Translations under genes and position numbers: made by a program
Origin: Ignavibacteria bacterium
GTDB lineage: Bacteria > Bacteroidota > Ignavibacteria > Ignavibacteriales > SURF-24
Reading direction: 5' to 3'
Length of the DNA: 64,000 bases
NCBI GenBank assembly: GCA_025612245.1
Contig: JAAXKQ010000010.1
Location: 75,228 to 139,227 of the forward strand
Shown here: positions 1 to 9,869 of the stretch, in pieces
Position numbering within the stretch: position 1 is the stretch's first letter
Layout: the number at the start of each line of letters is the position of its first letter
The notes under the pieces: generated by a model
Databases searched by the model: none
What the model was told of the DNA's origin: nothing
What the model saw: the letters and a program-made list of their open reading frames with translations, nothing else

Positions 1-2
1 TC

Positions 3-416
3 GATGGGCTCCAGGCTGCCGTCTTAAATGTAAAGCTGCCCCACATCGACGAATGGAACAGCCGCCGAATTGAAAACGCCGCAATGTACACTGAGCACTT
101 AAAAGACGTTCCCGAAGTAAAAATCCCAATGGTAAGAAAGGACACTAAGCACACGTTCCATATATACTGCATTCAGGCGGAGAACAGGGAAGCCTTAAGG
201 GAGCACTTACTTGAAAATGGAATTGAAACACAGATCCATTATCCCACAATGCTGCCGTTCATGCCGGCATACAAGTATATGAAACACAAGCCGGAGGATT
301 TCCCAAATGCCTATGCTGCACAGGATAAAATTCTGAGCCTCCCCATGTACGCCGAACTTACCCCCGAAAACATAGAATACGTTTCAGACACGGTAAAGAA
401 ATTCTATAAAAGGTAG
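3..416 (+). CDS. DegT/DnrJ/EryC1/StrS family sugar aminotransferase, C-terminal part (5' end outside window)
   Basis: Frame is open from base 3 (DGLQAAVLNVKLPHIDEWNSRR...). It carries H.FH.Y, GIETQIHYP and LSLPMY, typical of the DegT C-terminus. Confidence 0.9.
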   Translation, partial: DGLQAAVLNVKLPHIDEWNSRRIENAAMYTEHLKDVPEVKIPMVRKDTKHTFHIYCIQAENREALREHLLENGIETQIHYPTMLPFMPAYKYMKHKPEDFPNAYAAQDKILSLPMYAELTPENIEYVSDTVKKFYKR

Positions 417-454
417 AAAAAATTGTAAGTGGGGTAAAAGGAAGATCTTGAATA

Positions 455-493
455 ACCGAAAGGGCAGGGGAATAATCCCTGCCCACCTTCGGT
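455..493. terminator. Hairpin between convergent genes, probable terminator
   Basis: ACCGAA-AGGGCAGGG ... CCCTGCCC-ACC-TTCGGT imperfect inverted repeat. Confidence 0.55.
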
Positions 494-572
494 AAAAATA
501 TTTCTGCAATCGCCATAACTATAAATGCCTGCAGTACACATTCATAGATCTGCTCACATATTGAACCTGCCT

Positions 573-1913
573 TTACTTCTTAATATCATCTCCAACTGCC
601 GGGCGGCCTATGGAGTAATAAGTAAATCCCATTGCCGCAAGTCTTTCAGGCGAATATATATTGCGGCCGTCAAATATTACGGGATTTTTTAATGCATCTT
701 TAATTCCGTTAAATTCCGGGCTGCGGAACTCGGCCCATTCGGTTAATACCAGTAATGCGTCCGCCCCTTTCAATACTTCCTCTTTAGTCTGTCCATATCG
801 TATTGCGCCATCGAAGTGGCGGCATGCAACTTCCATAGCAGCCGGGTCGTATGCCGAAACCACGGCTCCTGCTTTCTGAAGCTCTCTTATTATATAAATT
901 GACGGTGCCTCGCGCATGTCATCTGTATTAGGCTTAAATGCAAGTCCCCACACAGCAAAGTTTCTGCCCTTAACGTCGCCGTTAAAATGTTCCATTACTT
1001 TTTTAACGAGGACGAACTTCTGTTCCCTGTTAACCTTATCCACAATTTCAAGGATGTTCATTGGCGAGCCGTGTTCGCACGCGGTTTTAATGAGAGCGTT
1101 CACGTCTTTCGGGAAGCAGCTACCGCCATAGCCTATTCCGGCAAAAAGAAATCTTTTCCCGATGCGGCTGTCCGTTCCCATTCCGTGTCGCACCATATCC
1201 ACGTTAGCGCCCACCCTCTCGCAGAAATTAGCGAGTTCGTTCATGTAAGTAATGCGCATAGCAAGGTAAGAGTTGGAGGCATATTTAGTAACCTCTGCGC
1301 TTGCAGTATCCATTTCGAGGATAGGGTTGCCCTGGTTGACAAAGGGTTCATAAAGTTCGCGTATCATTTCAATTGCCCTGCGGCTTTCGGAGCCGATAAC
1401 AATGCGGTCGGGTTTACGGAAATCCTCCACTGCAAAGCCTTCGCGCAGGAATTCGGGGTTCGATACGACGTCGAAATTTTCCACGCCTTCAGCCTTTAAT
1501 ATATCCCTAACCTTAAAAGCCGTACCCACGGGGACGGTGCTTTTGTTGACGATAATCTTATAATCCGTGCAGGCGTTTTTTGTTAAAACCTGGCCAATAT
1601 TTTTAGCGCAACCCATAACGTAGCTAAGGTCGGCCGATCCATCCTCGTCCTGCGGTGTAGGCAGGCAGAGAAAGATTATGTCCGAGTTAAGTACGGCATA
1701 CTCCAGGCTGCCCGTAAAGATGAGGCGTTTCTGCTGTATATTGCGGTGGAAGAGGATCTCGAGTCCCGGTTCATAAATAGGGACATCTGAGTTCTGAAGT
1801 TTCCTCAATTTTTCGGGGTTATTATCCACGCAAATAACGCGGTTGCCGCGGTCTGCAAAGCAGGTTCCGGAAACGAGTCCCACATAGCCTGTACCGATAA
1901 CGGATATGTTCAT
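573..1913 (-). CDS. ugd: UDP-glucose 6-dehydrogenase
   Basis: GTGYVG Rossmann motif, NKSTVPVGT, SNPEFLREG, catalytic GYGGSCFPKD, GLAFKPNTDDMRE. Confidence 0.95.
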   Translation of the reverse strand: MNISVIGTGYVGLVSGTCFADRGNRVICVDNNPEKLRKLQNSDVPIYEPGLEILFHRNIQQKRLIFTGSLEYAVLNSDIIFLCLPTPQDEDGSADLSYVMGCAKNIGQVLTKNACTDYKIIVNKSTVPVGTAFKVRDILKAEGVENFDVVSNPEFLREGFAVEDFRKPDRIVIGSESRRAIEMIRELYEPFVNQGNPILEMDTASAEVTKYASNSYLAMRITYMNELANFCERVGANVDMVRHGMGTDSRIGKRFLFAGIGYGGSCFPKDVNALIKTACEHGSPMNILEIVDKVNREQKFVLVKKVMEHFNGDVKGRNFAVWGLAFKPNTDDMREAPSIYIIRELQKAGAVVSAYDPAAMEVACRHFDGAIRYGQTKEEVLKGADALLVLTEWAEFRSPEFNGIKDALKNPVIFDGRNIYSPERLAAMGFTYYSIGRPAVGDDIKK

Positions 1914-1939
1914 AAGCTTTAAGGGTTAAGTTAATAAAA

Positions 1940-3165
1940 TAAGGTAAAGGCAAAGGTAAAGTTTAAGTGATAAAAAAACAAGGGGAAAGGGGAGGGGAAG
2001 GGTTCGGGGTTCGAGGGAGAGAAGGTTCAAAGTTTAGGAAAAGGCAAAGGGGGAATAATTTTAAGTTTTAAGTTTTAAGTGGGGAAAAAAGTTCAAAGTT
2101 CAAAGTTCTAGGTTCGAGGTTCAAGGAAGGAAGGTTAAGGTGGAGGTGGAAAGGAAACAACCATGAAGGCTGGGAGTTTGGAATTGTGCAATGAATGAGC
2201 CCGCAGCGCGGGCGTAATATTAGTAGCCCGGGGTGAGGAAGCCCCCGGATGGGGGCGACTGAACCCCTGGGAAATGGATTTTGCCCCAATATACAAAGCT
2301 CCGGTCAGGAGCGGCACAGAAGAATTATGAATGGAAGCAATGTGGGCGGGTGTTAATGTGTTGGGATTTCTACCGCTTTAGTTGTTTTGATGGGATGGTT
2401 TTTATGTGTGTGTTCGTGGTTTAATGATGTGTTTATCCAATAGGAAGTAAGAAACAAGTCGCTCCATCCGGAGCTCTGGAATTTAGGGGGGATACCGGTG
2501 TTTGCTACAGACAAAGCGCTCCTTCCGGAGCTTGGGGGGATGTGTAATGATATTGGTTCAGATTGCATGGGGAGGGGGAAGAGAAGTTTTAAGGTTTGAG
2601 TTTTAAGTATTAAGTGGGGAGAAAGGTTTAAGGGAGAGAGGTTCAAGGTTCGAGGTTTAGGAAAAGGCAAAGGTAGGGGAGGAAGAATTAGGAAGGGGGA
2701 GGAATTGAAATTGGGCATGGATTCAGCACCGGGGGGCGTTTTGTTTGTAGATGGAGGCGCGGCCCCCTCCCATATATCCCCTAGCTCCGGAGGAGCCGGG
2801 GGTGTTTTGCATTTTCTACAAATATGCTACCGCTAAAAGCAGTAGTGAACGTGTATAATTTCTCAGATTGCGGAGGATGTTTACAGACTGATTTATTTCC
2901 ATTTATAATTCGTACATGAGGATCCTCCGGAGCTTTGGGGGGGATGTGGGGGGAATCCGTTTCCCGGGGCTAAAGACATGGTGTCCATCCGGGATTGGGA
3001 AATGTGTGATTTTATTGGTTCTGATTGCGCGTGGGGAGGGGTTGTGGGGGATTGTTCCACCGGGGGTTCCCGCATCCCTTCGGGATTTGGTTGCCCCCGG
3101 CTACTGATGTTTCGCCCGCGCTGCGGGCTTTGTTAGTGTGTAATTCCAATTTCTCGGCCTTTATC
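1940..3165 (+). repeat. Composite intergenic repeat mosaic (heptamer tandem runs plus REP-like palindromic modules), copy A
   Basis: Runs of (G/A)GTTC(A/G)A and GTTTTAA heptamers. GCTCC..GGAGC hairpins at 2298, 2461, 2518 and 2784. Module 3060-3163 closely matches 18873-18975; 2198-2236 is an inverted partial copy. Confidence 0.85.
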
Positions 3166-3250
3166 GGGATTTCTTTTCTTCCATTTTTCTCAACCTTTCC
3201 TCCATTAGACATGATTCCCATTCATGATTCGAATTTTCTTAGTTATATCT

Positions 3251-4897
3251 TTATATGTCATAGCTACCGGACTGGCCATTTTCTGTTATCCCGATTTCTT
3301 CCAAGTCGTGCGGGGCGGGACCGTTGACTACTTTGCCAAAGCAGGTGAATCTTGAGCCGTGGCATGGGCAGTCAAATGTTTTCTCTTCACCGTTCCACTC
3401 CAGTATGCATTTCAAGTGGGGACAAACGGCACTGTATGCAAAAAGCTTTCCTTCGTCATCTTTGTAGACTGCCGCCTTGGTTAACCCGCTTCTTATAATG
3501 GCTCCTTGACCAGGTCCCAGATCTTTTACGGAATCCACGTCCCCGGGGGTCAGATATTCCTTAAACTGTTTTGCAACGTTTAGGTTTTCTTTTATAAAAT
3601 CGCCAGCCGTTTTCATTGTCTTGCGCGACGGGTCGTAAAGCTCTTCCCAGGGGTTATGCCTTCCAATTATCAGGTCTGTAATCAGTATTCCTGCAATGGT
3701 GCCGTGCGTCATTCCGTTTCCGGAATCACCCGTAGCAATAAACACGTTATCGCTGTCCATGGGATTCTTCCCTATAAAAGCCATTGCGTCCACCGGTTCC
3801 ATTACCTGACCGGACCACTTGTATTCAATTGATTCCACCGGGAAGCGCTCGTAAGTCCACTTAATCAGGTTATTATATCTATCCTCTTCCTGAAGCCCTT
3901 CTTCGTTCGGCTGTCCTGTTTTATGGTCCTCGCCTCCAGCGATAAGAAGTTCATACTCGTCGTTATAATTCTGGAGCCTCACGTAATGATAAGGATCGTT
4001 TGTCCAGATGGAGTTCTGATCGCCCGTATCCCACCAGAGGGCATGGGGCAGGGTGCCCTTCTTTATGAGTCCCGCTATAACATAAGTCCTGTACGGAGCC
4101 TGTTTTGTATGGATGGCAAATTTGTCGTTAACAGGGCTGTTTGTTGCAACAACTATAAAGTCTGCCTTAATTGAGAAGCCGTTTTCGCTCAGAATTCCGG
4201 AGTCGTCAATCTTTGAGGCGCGAGTATTTGTAAAGATTTTCCCCTCGTTTCTTACAATTGCCGCAGCAAGTCCATCGAGGTATTTTATGGGGTTAAACGT
4301 AGCCTGGTCGGGGAACATAAGGCAAGGTCCTGTTTCCATTGGGATACCCGGCACGCCTTCAATCATTTCGGTTCTTATTGACAGCTGTTGTGTAGCATTA
4401 AGTTCGTCATCAAGAGTTTTCTTGTTATCGGAAGGGTGGAGGAAAAGGTATCCCTTCAGGCGTTCAAAGTCGCAGTCGATGTTTTCGCGCTGGACTATAT
4501 CCTCAATAATATGGATTGCCTGGGAGTGGCTTTCTGCGGCCATGCGGGCCTTATCCATTCCGAGAATTTCCGTTATATAGGAATATCTGTCATCCAGGGC
4601 GTTGGAAATGTGTGCGGTTGTTCGTCCCGATTCGCCGCTTCCGATATTGCCATCCTCAACGACGGCAACATTTTTACCTTCCCTCGAAAGCAAGTAAGCC
4701 GTTGTAAGTCCCGAAATTCCGGCTCCAACGATTACGACATCCACCTTCAGGTTACGGTCGAGTTTCCCGAAGGGGGCCGGTTTAACGGAATCCACCCAAT
4801 AAGAGAGAGTCCTGCCCGAGGTTTTCCGGCTGCTGGGTGCTTCAGTTTCCTTTGTAAGCGGGCTTTCGATATTCTGCCCTTTTATTTTCTTAGCCAT
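3251..4897 (-). CDS. FAD-dependent oxidoreductase (DAO family) with C-terminal Rieske 2Fe-2S domain (YhfW-like)
   Basis: VVIVGAGISG FAD motif, GESGRTTAH, GNGMTHG, Rieske CPHLKC...DCPCHGSRF. Confidence 0.92.
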   Translation of the reverse strand: MAKKIKGQNIESPLTKETEAPSSRKTSGRTLSYWVDSVKPAPFGKLDRNLKVDVVIVGAGISGLTTAYLLSREGKNVAVVEDGNIGSGESGRTTAHISNALDDRYSYITEILGMDKARMAAESHSQAIHIIEDIVQRENIDCDFERLKGYLFLHPSDNKKTLDDELNATQQLSIRTEMIEGVPGIPMETGPCLMFPDQATFNPIKYLDGLAAAIVRNEGKIFTNTRASKIDDSGILSENGFSIKADFIVVATNSPVNDKFAIHTKQAPYRTYVIAGLIKKGTLPHALWWDTGDQNSIWTNDPYHYVRLQNYNDEYELLIAGGEDHKTGQPNEEGLQEEDRYNNLIKWTYERFPVESIEYKWSGQVMEPVDAMAFIGKNPMDSDNVFIATGDSGNGMTHGTIAGILITDLIIGRHNPWEELYDPSRKTMKTAGDFIKENLNVAKQFKEYLTPGDVDSVKDLGPGQGAIIRSGLTKAAVYKDDEGKLFAYSAVCPHLKCILEWNGEEKTFDCPCHGSRFTCFGKVVNGPAPHDLEEIGITENGQSGSYDI

Positions 4898-4966
4898 CCA
4901 TTCCTCCTCAGTGTTAATTTCCCAAAATCTGATTGTAAGTCATCTAATCCGAGCCTTAAATGGTCC

Positions 4967-5033
4967 AAATAAAAAAATAACCCGGCACAACCAAAACACC
5001 TGGTAAAAGGTGAACAGATAGGGTTATGCCGGG
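4967..5033 (-). terminator. Intrinsic terminator-like hairpin in the leader of the FAD/Rieske gene
   Basis: Minus strand CCCGGCATAACC...GGTTGTGCCGGG followed by TTATTTTTTTATTT, about 70 nt before the start codon. Confidence 0.55.
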
Positions 5034-5353
5034 CAGCATGGGTAAAATGAAAAATTCTCTTAGCTTCCCGAAACAACCGGGTATAAACCCCGGCAAGTAA
5101 AAATCGGCCTTAACATTCAAAAGTGTCGATAACGGACCGCACATAAATAATAAATAAATATAGCTTTAAATATGCAAGGCATTTTTTTGCCAAATGGCTT
5201 TTAGCTTCAATTTTGGTGAAAAATCAGGACAAATAGGCCCTGGGTGCCGGAAATTTTTCAAAATTCCCTATTTTTTCTTATCATTATTAGTCAACATTTA
5301 CGAAAAAGTGACATTATTTTCAGAAAAACAAATTTCCAAACAGAAAAAAAATC

Positions 5354-6181
5354 ATGAAGCTAACAATTGAAGATAAAGCAAAGCTGAACAATGGCGTGGA
5401 AATCCCATATTTAGGCCTGGGGGTATATAAGTCGGCACCGGGCAGTGAGACCTACAATGCGGTTCGCTGGGCACTTGAAGCCGGATACAGGCACATCGAT
5501 ACGGCAGCCTTTTATAAGAATGAAAAAGACGTGGGAAGGGCAGTTAAGGACAGCGGTATTCCAAGGGAAGAGATATTTGTAACTACAAAGCTCTGGAATG
5601 ATGACCATGGATACGAAAAAACCCTCAGAGGCTTTGAGGTAAGCCTTAAGAACCTGGGATTTGACTATATGGATTTGTACCTATTGCACTGGCCTGTTTC
5701 CGGGTTAAGGAACGATTCTTACAGGGCGCTTGAGACGATATTAAAGGAAAGCAAGGCCAGAGCCATAGGCGTAAGCAATTACACCACCTCTCACCTGACG
5801 GAGCTTCTTAGTTCATGCCGTACAGTTCCGGCGGTAAACCAGGTGGAATTCAGTCCGTTTCTTTACCAGAAGCGTGTCCTCGAATTCTGCAGGCAGAATG
5901 AGATTCAGCTTGAAGCCTACAGTCCTCTTGCCCGTGCAAGCAAGTTAAGTGATGAACGTTTAAGGGAAGTAGCAGGCCATTACGGGAAGACGGCGGCGCA
6001 AATGATGGTACGCTGGGCACTGGAGCATAAGATTGTGATAATACCCAAATCCACTCACAAAGAAAGAATCTTTGAAAATGCGGATGTTTTCAACTTTGAG
6101 ATTTCAGAAGGGGACATGGAAATTCTGGATTCTCTTGATGAAAACTACAGGGTAGCCTGGGATCCGAGCAGAATTCCCTGA
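5354..6181 (+). CDS. Aldo/keto reductase (YtbE/YvgN, 2,5-DKG reductase-like)
   Basis: GYRHIDTA.FY.NE, TTKLW, DLYLLHWP, IGVSNY, NQVE, IPKS. Confidence 0.93.
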   Translation: MKLTIEDKAKLNNGVEIPYLGLGVYKSAPGSETYNAVRWALEAGYRHIDTAAFYKNEKDVGRAVKDSGIPREEIFVTTKLWNDDHGYEKTLRGFEVSLKNLGFDYMDLYLLHWPVSGLRNDSYRALETILKESKARAIGVSNYTTSHLTELLSSCRTVPAVNQVEFSPFLYQKRVLEFCRQNEIQLEAYSPLARASKLSDERLREVAGHYGKTAAQMMVRWALEHKIVIIPKSTHKERIFENADVFNFEISEGDMEILDSLDENYRVAWDPSRIP

Positions 6182-6281
6182 AAAATTCAGGTTTTATTTG
6201 CGGGTAAGAGTCAGCTTTTGTAAAAGAGTCTGCTCTTACTCAATTATTACATCTGGAGCCGTAAATTAGCTGGGGGGTGGG

Positions 6282-7109
6282 TTAATTTTCGCCGATTCTA
6301 CCGACTTTCAACTCCGGGTTTTCACTGGTCAGGAAGCCTAAGAAGCGGTTACTCATGTCTGCCAGGCTCATTCCGTAGACTTGGTCGAACACATCCAGGG
6401 AGTTTCCCTGCTGGTAAAGCCTGATATACTTTGCGATGCCGTAGTTTGAGATCATATACTTTGCAAAGGCGCCGGCCATAGGGTAGGAGTTTTTTAAGAC
6501 ATTTCCGGTTTCGTCGTTGCGGACTATTTCATAAGGTGTTGAGATATTTCCCTCGGTCAGTTTCAGCCTGGCAAATTCAAAAAGGTCCATTCCGTCCCAG
6601 TTATCCTCCATCCATACGGCAAGTCCCTCGGAGATAATCCACTTATAAGGTCCTCTGGCGCCCAGGCCGAAGAACTTATCGACAATAAAATGGGTGAGTT
6701 CATGTTTACCAAAAATATTCGACAAAGAATAGCCGTCCACGGCATAAATTGCGTCAAAGATCCCGATTTCGTGTCCGTTGCCGAACTGTCCGGCGTCGGT
6801 TATGTCGTCGTACTCTTGAAAGCTGCTGAAAATGAAGAAAATTGCCCTGAAGTTATGGTCATTCAGGTACATGCGGTTCAGCACCTCGAGGTAATTATTT
6901 TCCTGTCTATTGGCAATCATTTTTATTGTAGAATCGCTTTTTGAACCGGGGCGGTAGTAAAAGTCGAAATGTTTCGTATAGTAAGGGCGCCAGGCTCCGT
7001 CCTGGAGTATCTTTTCAGGTCTGTTCCTCTCAATAAATCCGGGTCTGCAACCCGAAAGCAGGCCGGTGGTGAGGGCAATAAAAAGGACAATTAAAAATTT
7101 CCCTTTCAT
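6282..7109 (-). CDS. Putative lipoprotein with gluzincin (peptidase MA-like) domain
   Basis: Lipobox LLSGC; HELTH followed by WISEGLA. Confidence 0.65.
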   Translation of the reverse strand: MKGKFLIVLFIALTTGLLSGCRPGFIERNRPEKILQDGAWRPYYTKHFDFYYRPGSKSDSTIKMIANRQENNYLEVLNRMYLNDHNFRAIFFIFSSFQEYDDITDAGQFGNGHEIGIFDAIYAVDGYSLSNIFGKHELTHFIVDKFFGLGARGPYKWIISEGLAVWMEDNWDGMDLFEFARLKLTEGNISTPYEIVRNDETGNVLKNSYPMAGAFAKYMISNYGIAKYIRLYQQGNSLDVFDQVYGMSLADMSNRFLGFLTSENPELKVGRIGEN

Positions 7110-7421
7110 ATTCAGGATCTCAATTAGCCGTTAAACTTTTGAAAAATCAATTTTCAGCCCAGAGGTACATTCTTCCTTTTAAGATAAATTTCCTGAATTC
7201 CGGCAGGAGATTCAAAGTATTTGTTTTTACCCCCCGCGGTTTCCGGTTTTGTGCCGCATGATAGTTCCAGTTACACGGAGATATAAGTCATAGTCCGGGA
7301 GGAATGCCATCTACTTACAAATAACCAACTGTTCAATAATAACCAAAAATGGTCACCTTTTTTTACCCTAATTCGTGGGAAATGAGTATAAATACAAAGG
7401 TTTAGGCGGCAGCCTGGGAAG

Positions 7422-7438
7422 TGGCATATCTATTGAAT
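7422..7438 (+). promoter_or_regulatory. Putative sigma-54 -24/-12 promoter of the flagellar operon
   Basis: TGGCAT-ATCTA-TTGAAT, ending 35 nt before the fliL ATG; -12 box has GA rather than GC. Confidence 0.6.
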
Positions 7439-7473
7439 GAGTAAAGTTACATTATGGCATAAACAAATAAAAA

Positions 7474-8004
7474 ATGGAAGAAAAAGAACTGGATCCTTCA
7501 ACAATACCCAACGCCAAGAAAGGCGGTCTGAACCTGAAAGTATTAATAATAGGGCTTCCTGTATTTATCATACAGCTCGTAGTCGTGTATTTTGTCACAG
7601 CAAATATACTCCTGAGTAAAAAGGATACCAGCTCTTCGGAAGCGAACAAGGAAAAGCCTGAATTGACAAAGGTCAGTTCCATTCAGACTGGTCCGATAGC
7701 AACAATTGAAGACATGATTGTAAATCCCGCCGGGACAAGCGGTCAGAGGCTGCTACTCACTTCAGTTGGTTTCGGGCTTGTAGCCGAAGAAAAGGAAGCC
7801 GAGGAAGCAAAAAAGAAGTTTGAAGAAAAAAAAGTAATCATTCAGGATATAGTCAATACTACGTTAGCAAGCAAGACAGTTCCGCAGTTGAGCAGCATTA
7901 CATACAGGGACACAGTAAAGACAGAAATCTTAAATACACTGAAGTCGCGTGTTCCTGATATCAGGATAAGCAACATATTTTTCAGCAAGTTTATCATTCA
8001 ATAA
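7474..8004 (+). CDS. fliL: Flagellar basal body protein FliL
   Basis: N-terminal TM, IVNPAG..G.R.L, C-terminal FSKFIIQ; first gene of fli operon. Confidence 0.88.
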   Translation: MEEKELDPSTIPNAKKGGLNLKVLIIGLPVFIIQLVVVYFVTANILLSKKDTSSSEANKEKPELTKVSSIQTGPIATIEDMIVNPAGTSGQRLLLTSVGFGLVAEEKEAEEAKKKFEEKKVIIQDIVNTTLASKTVPQLSSITYRDTVKTEILNTLKSRVPDIRISNIFFSKFIIQ

Positions 8005-8022
8005 AATAAGTAATTCAGAGCC

Positions 8023-9003
8023 ATGGCAGAAGTTTTATCACAGCAGGAAATAGATCAACTTCTCAACAAGATGAAGACCGGGGGCGAGCAGGCCCCTGCA
8101 TCCGTACCGGAGAAAGAGGCAATTCCCTTTGATTTCAGGCTTCCGAACAGGATTTCGAAGAACCAGCTGAGGACTATACGCAACATTCATGAAAACTTTT
8201 CAGAAAGTTTCAGCTCATTTCTCCTGTCTAAGCTTCAGGCCATTGTAAACATCAACGTTATTTCCGTTGATCAGATTTACTATTCAGAGTACGTGCTTTC
8301 GGTTTCAAATCCCGCGTGTCTTTTTACATTTGAAATTAAGGACACGGATATAAAAGGGATACTAGAATTAAGCCCCGAACTGGCTCTTGCACTTGTCGAC
8401 CGTCTGCTTGGCGGTAACGGCACGGGTTCCAAGCAGTCCAAGATCATCACGCCGATTGAGCAGAAAGTGCTCTTTATGATAGTTGAAAAGATCATGGTGG
8501 ATCTCAAGAAGGCCTGGCAGATAATAGGGGAATATGAGTTTGTAGTTGAGCGCTTCGAGCCCGACATAGACTTTGCACAAATCACTTCACAGAGTGAAAG
8601 CGTACTGCTTATTTCCTTTGAGATATTTATTGGGGAGCAGTCCTATCTAATGAATATCTGTTTTGCCACGTTTGCTTTCGACACAATCCTGTCGAAGATG
8701 TCGAATCAGAAGCTATCTTCAATACGGCCCGTAAAATACAACGGTACCACGGCCAGGAACATACTTAATGCGCATTTGCAGAAAACGACACTCAAGCTTA
8801 CCGTAGAATTCGGCAAAACTACAATTTCTGTAGATGACCTGATGCACCTGGAAACGGGGGATATATTGAGGATTAACAAGAAGATCGGGGATGAATTAAA
8901 GGTAAAGGTTGCCGACAGGGTAGTTTTTGAGGGGCTGCCGGGAACTGTAAACGGCCACAAGGCCGTAAAGATTAGCCGCAAGATTGAGAACAAAGAAAAC
9001 TGA
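8023..9003 (+). CDS. fliM: Flagellar motor switch protein FliM
   Basis: LSQQEIDQLL CheY-binding peptide, VDRLLGG.G, C-terminal SpoA domain. Confidence 0.95.
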   Translation: MAEVLSQQEIDQLLNKMKTGGEQAPASVPEKEAIPFDFRLPNRISKNQLRTIRNIHENFSESFSSFLLSKLQAIVNINVISVDQIYYSEYVLSVSNPACLFTFEIKDTDIKGILELSPELALALVDRLLGGNGTGSKQSKIITPIEQKVLFMIVEKIMVDLKKAWQIIGEYEFVVERFEPDIDFAQITSQSESVLLISFEIFIGEQSYLMNICFATFAFDTILSKMSNQKLSSIRPVKYNGTTARNILNAHLQKTTLKLTVEFGKTTISVDDLMHLETGDILRINKKIGDELKVKVADRVVFEGLPGTVNGHKAVKISRKIENKEN

Positions 9004-9120
9004 CGGTTTATTGAAAAAAGCCTTTCCGCGGAGAAACCAGCCCGTTTCGTCAATAAAAATCCGGAAGAGCTTAAACTGATTTATCAAGAATATAAAAAGA
9101 GAACATAAACGGAGAAGAAA

Positions 9121-9495
9121 ATGTCTGCTGATGACATACTAGGCGATTTTGAACAGATTTCAGGGGATCAGATAACAGGTGGTGTAGCAGATTTCCCTGA
9201 ATTCGACGAATCCAATAACCGCAGCCCTGTACAGAATGACAAGCTTGAGTTTCTCAAGGACCTCCAGCTGAGTGTTTATATAGAGCTCGGGCGCACACAG
9301 ATGCTGATCAAAGACATACTGGAGCTGGAAAGGGGCTACGTAATTGAGCTGGATAAGCTAGCCAGTGAACCCGTTGACATATTTGTAAATAACAAGAAGA
9401 TTGCCGAGGGTGAAGTTGTAGTTATAGACAAGCACTTCGGCATTCGAATCACAAACCTAGTCGATTCAAACGACAGGTTAAAAGGACTGTCTTAA
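9121..9495 (+). CDS. fliN: Flagellar motor switch protein FliN
   Basis: ELGRTQM.IKDIL.L..G.VIELDKLA.EPVDIFVN.K.IAEGEVVV. Confidence 0.95.
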   Translation: MSADDILGDFEQISGDQITGGVADFPEFDESNNRSPVQNDKLEFLKDLQLSVYIELGRTQMLIKDILELERGYVIELDKLASEPVDIFVNNKKIAEGEVVVIDKHFGIRITNLVDSNDRLKGLS

Positions 9496-9869
9496 TGGAA
9501 TTCTGGAATATATTAAAAGTAATTTTTCTGCTCATTTTTATACTGGGGCTGATGTACGGGACATTATATCTGGCCAGAAAATATTTTTTTACATTCGATA
9601 AAAACAGCAAAAAGCTCGTAAAAATTAAGGTGCTAAGCACACAGATGCTCATGCCTAAAAAGTTTATTCAGGTTGTTCAGGTGCACGATAAGATACTGGT
9701 TCTTGGTGTAAGCGATCACTCGATTAATCTTTTGCAGGAGATCAACGGTTCAGTTGCGGCCCGCATGGTTGAAGAAGAAACGGTTAGAGAAGATTTGAGG
9801 AATAATTTAAAGGACAACTTTAAGGACAATTTCGTAGAGATATTGAAAAAAAATTTAGGTTTGAGATGA
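9495..9869 (+). CDS. fliO: Flagellar biosynthesis protein FliO
   Basis: Single TM, VVQVHDKILVLGVSDHSI.LL; lies between fliN and fliP. Confidence 0.85.
   Translation: MEFWNILKVIFLLIFILGLMYGTLYLARKYFFTFDKNSKKLVKIKVLSTQMLMPKKFIQVVQVHDKILVLGVSDHSINLLQEINGSVAARMVEEETVREDLRNNLKDNFKDNFVEILKKNLGLR

Noticed and set aside
1940-3165. CRISPR array
   Set aside because: No constant 25-45 bp repeat with unique spacers of regular length, and no cas genes.
2068-3327. Short ORFs within the repeat mosaic (also 18717-18920 and 31418-31702)
   Set aside because: Low-complexity translations of the repeats with no recognisable domains.
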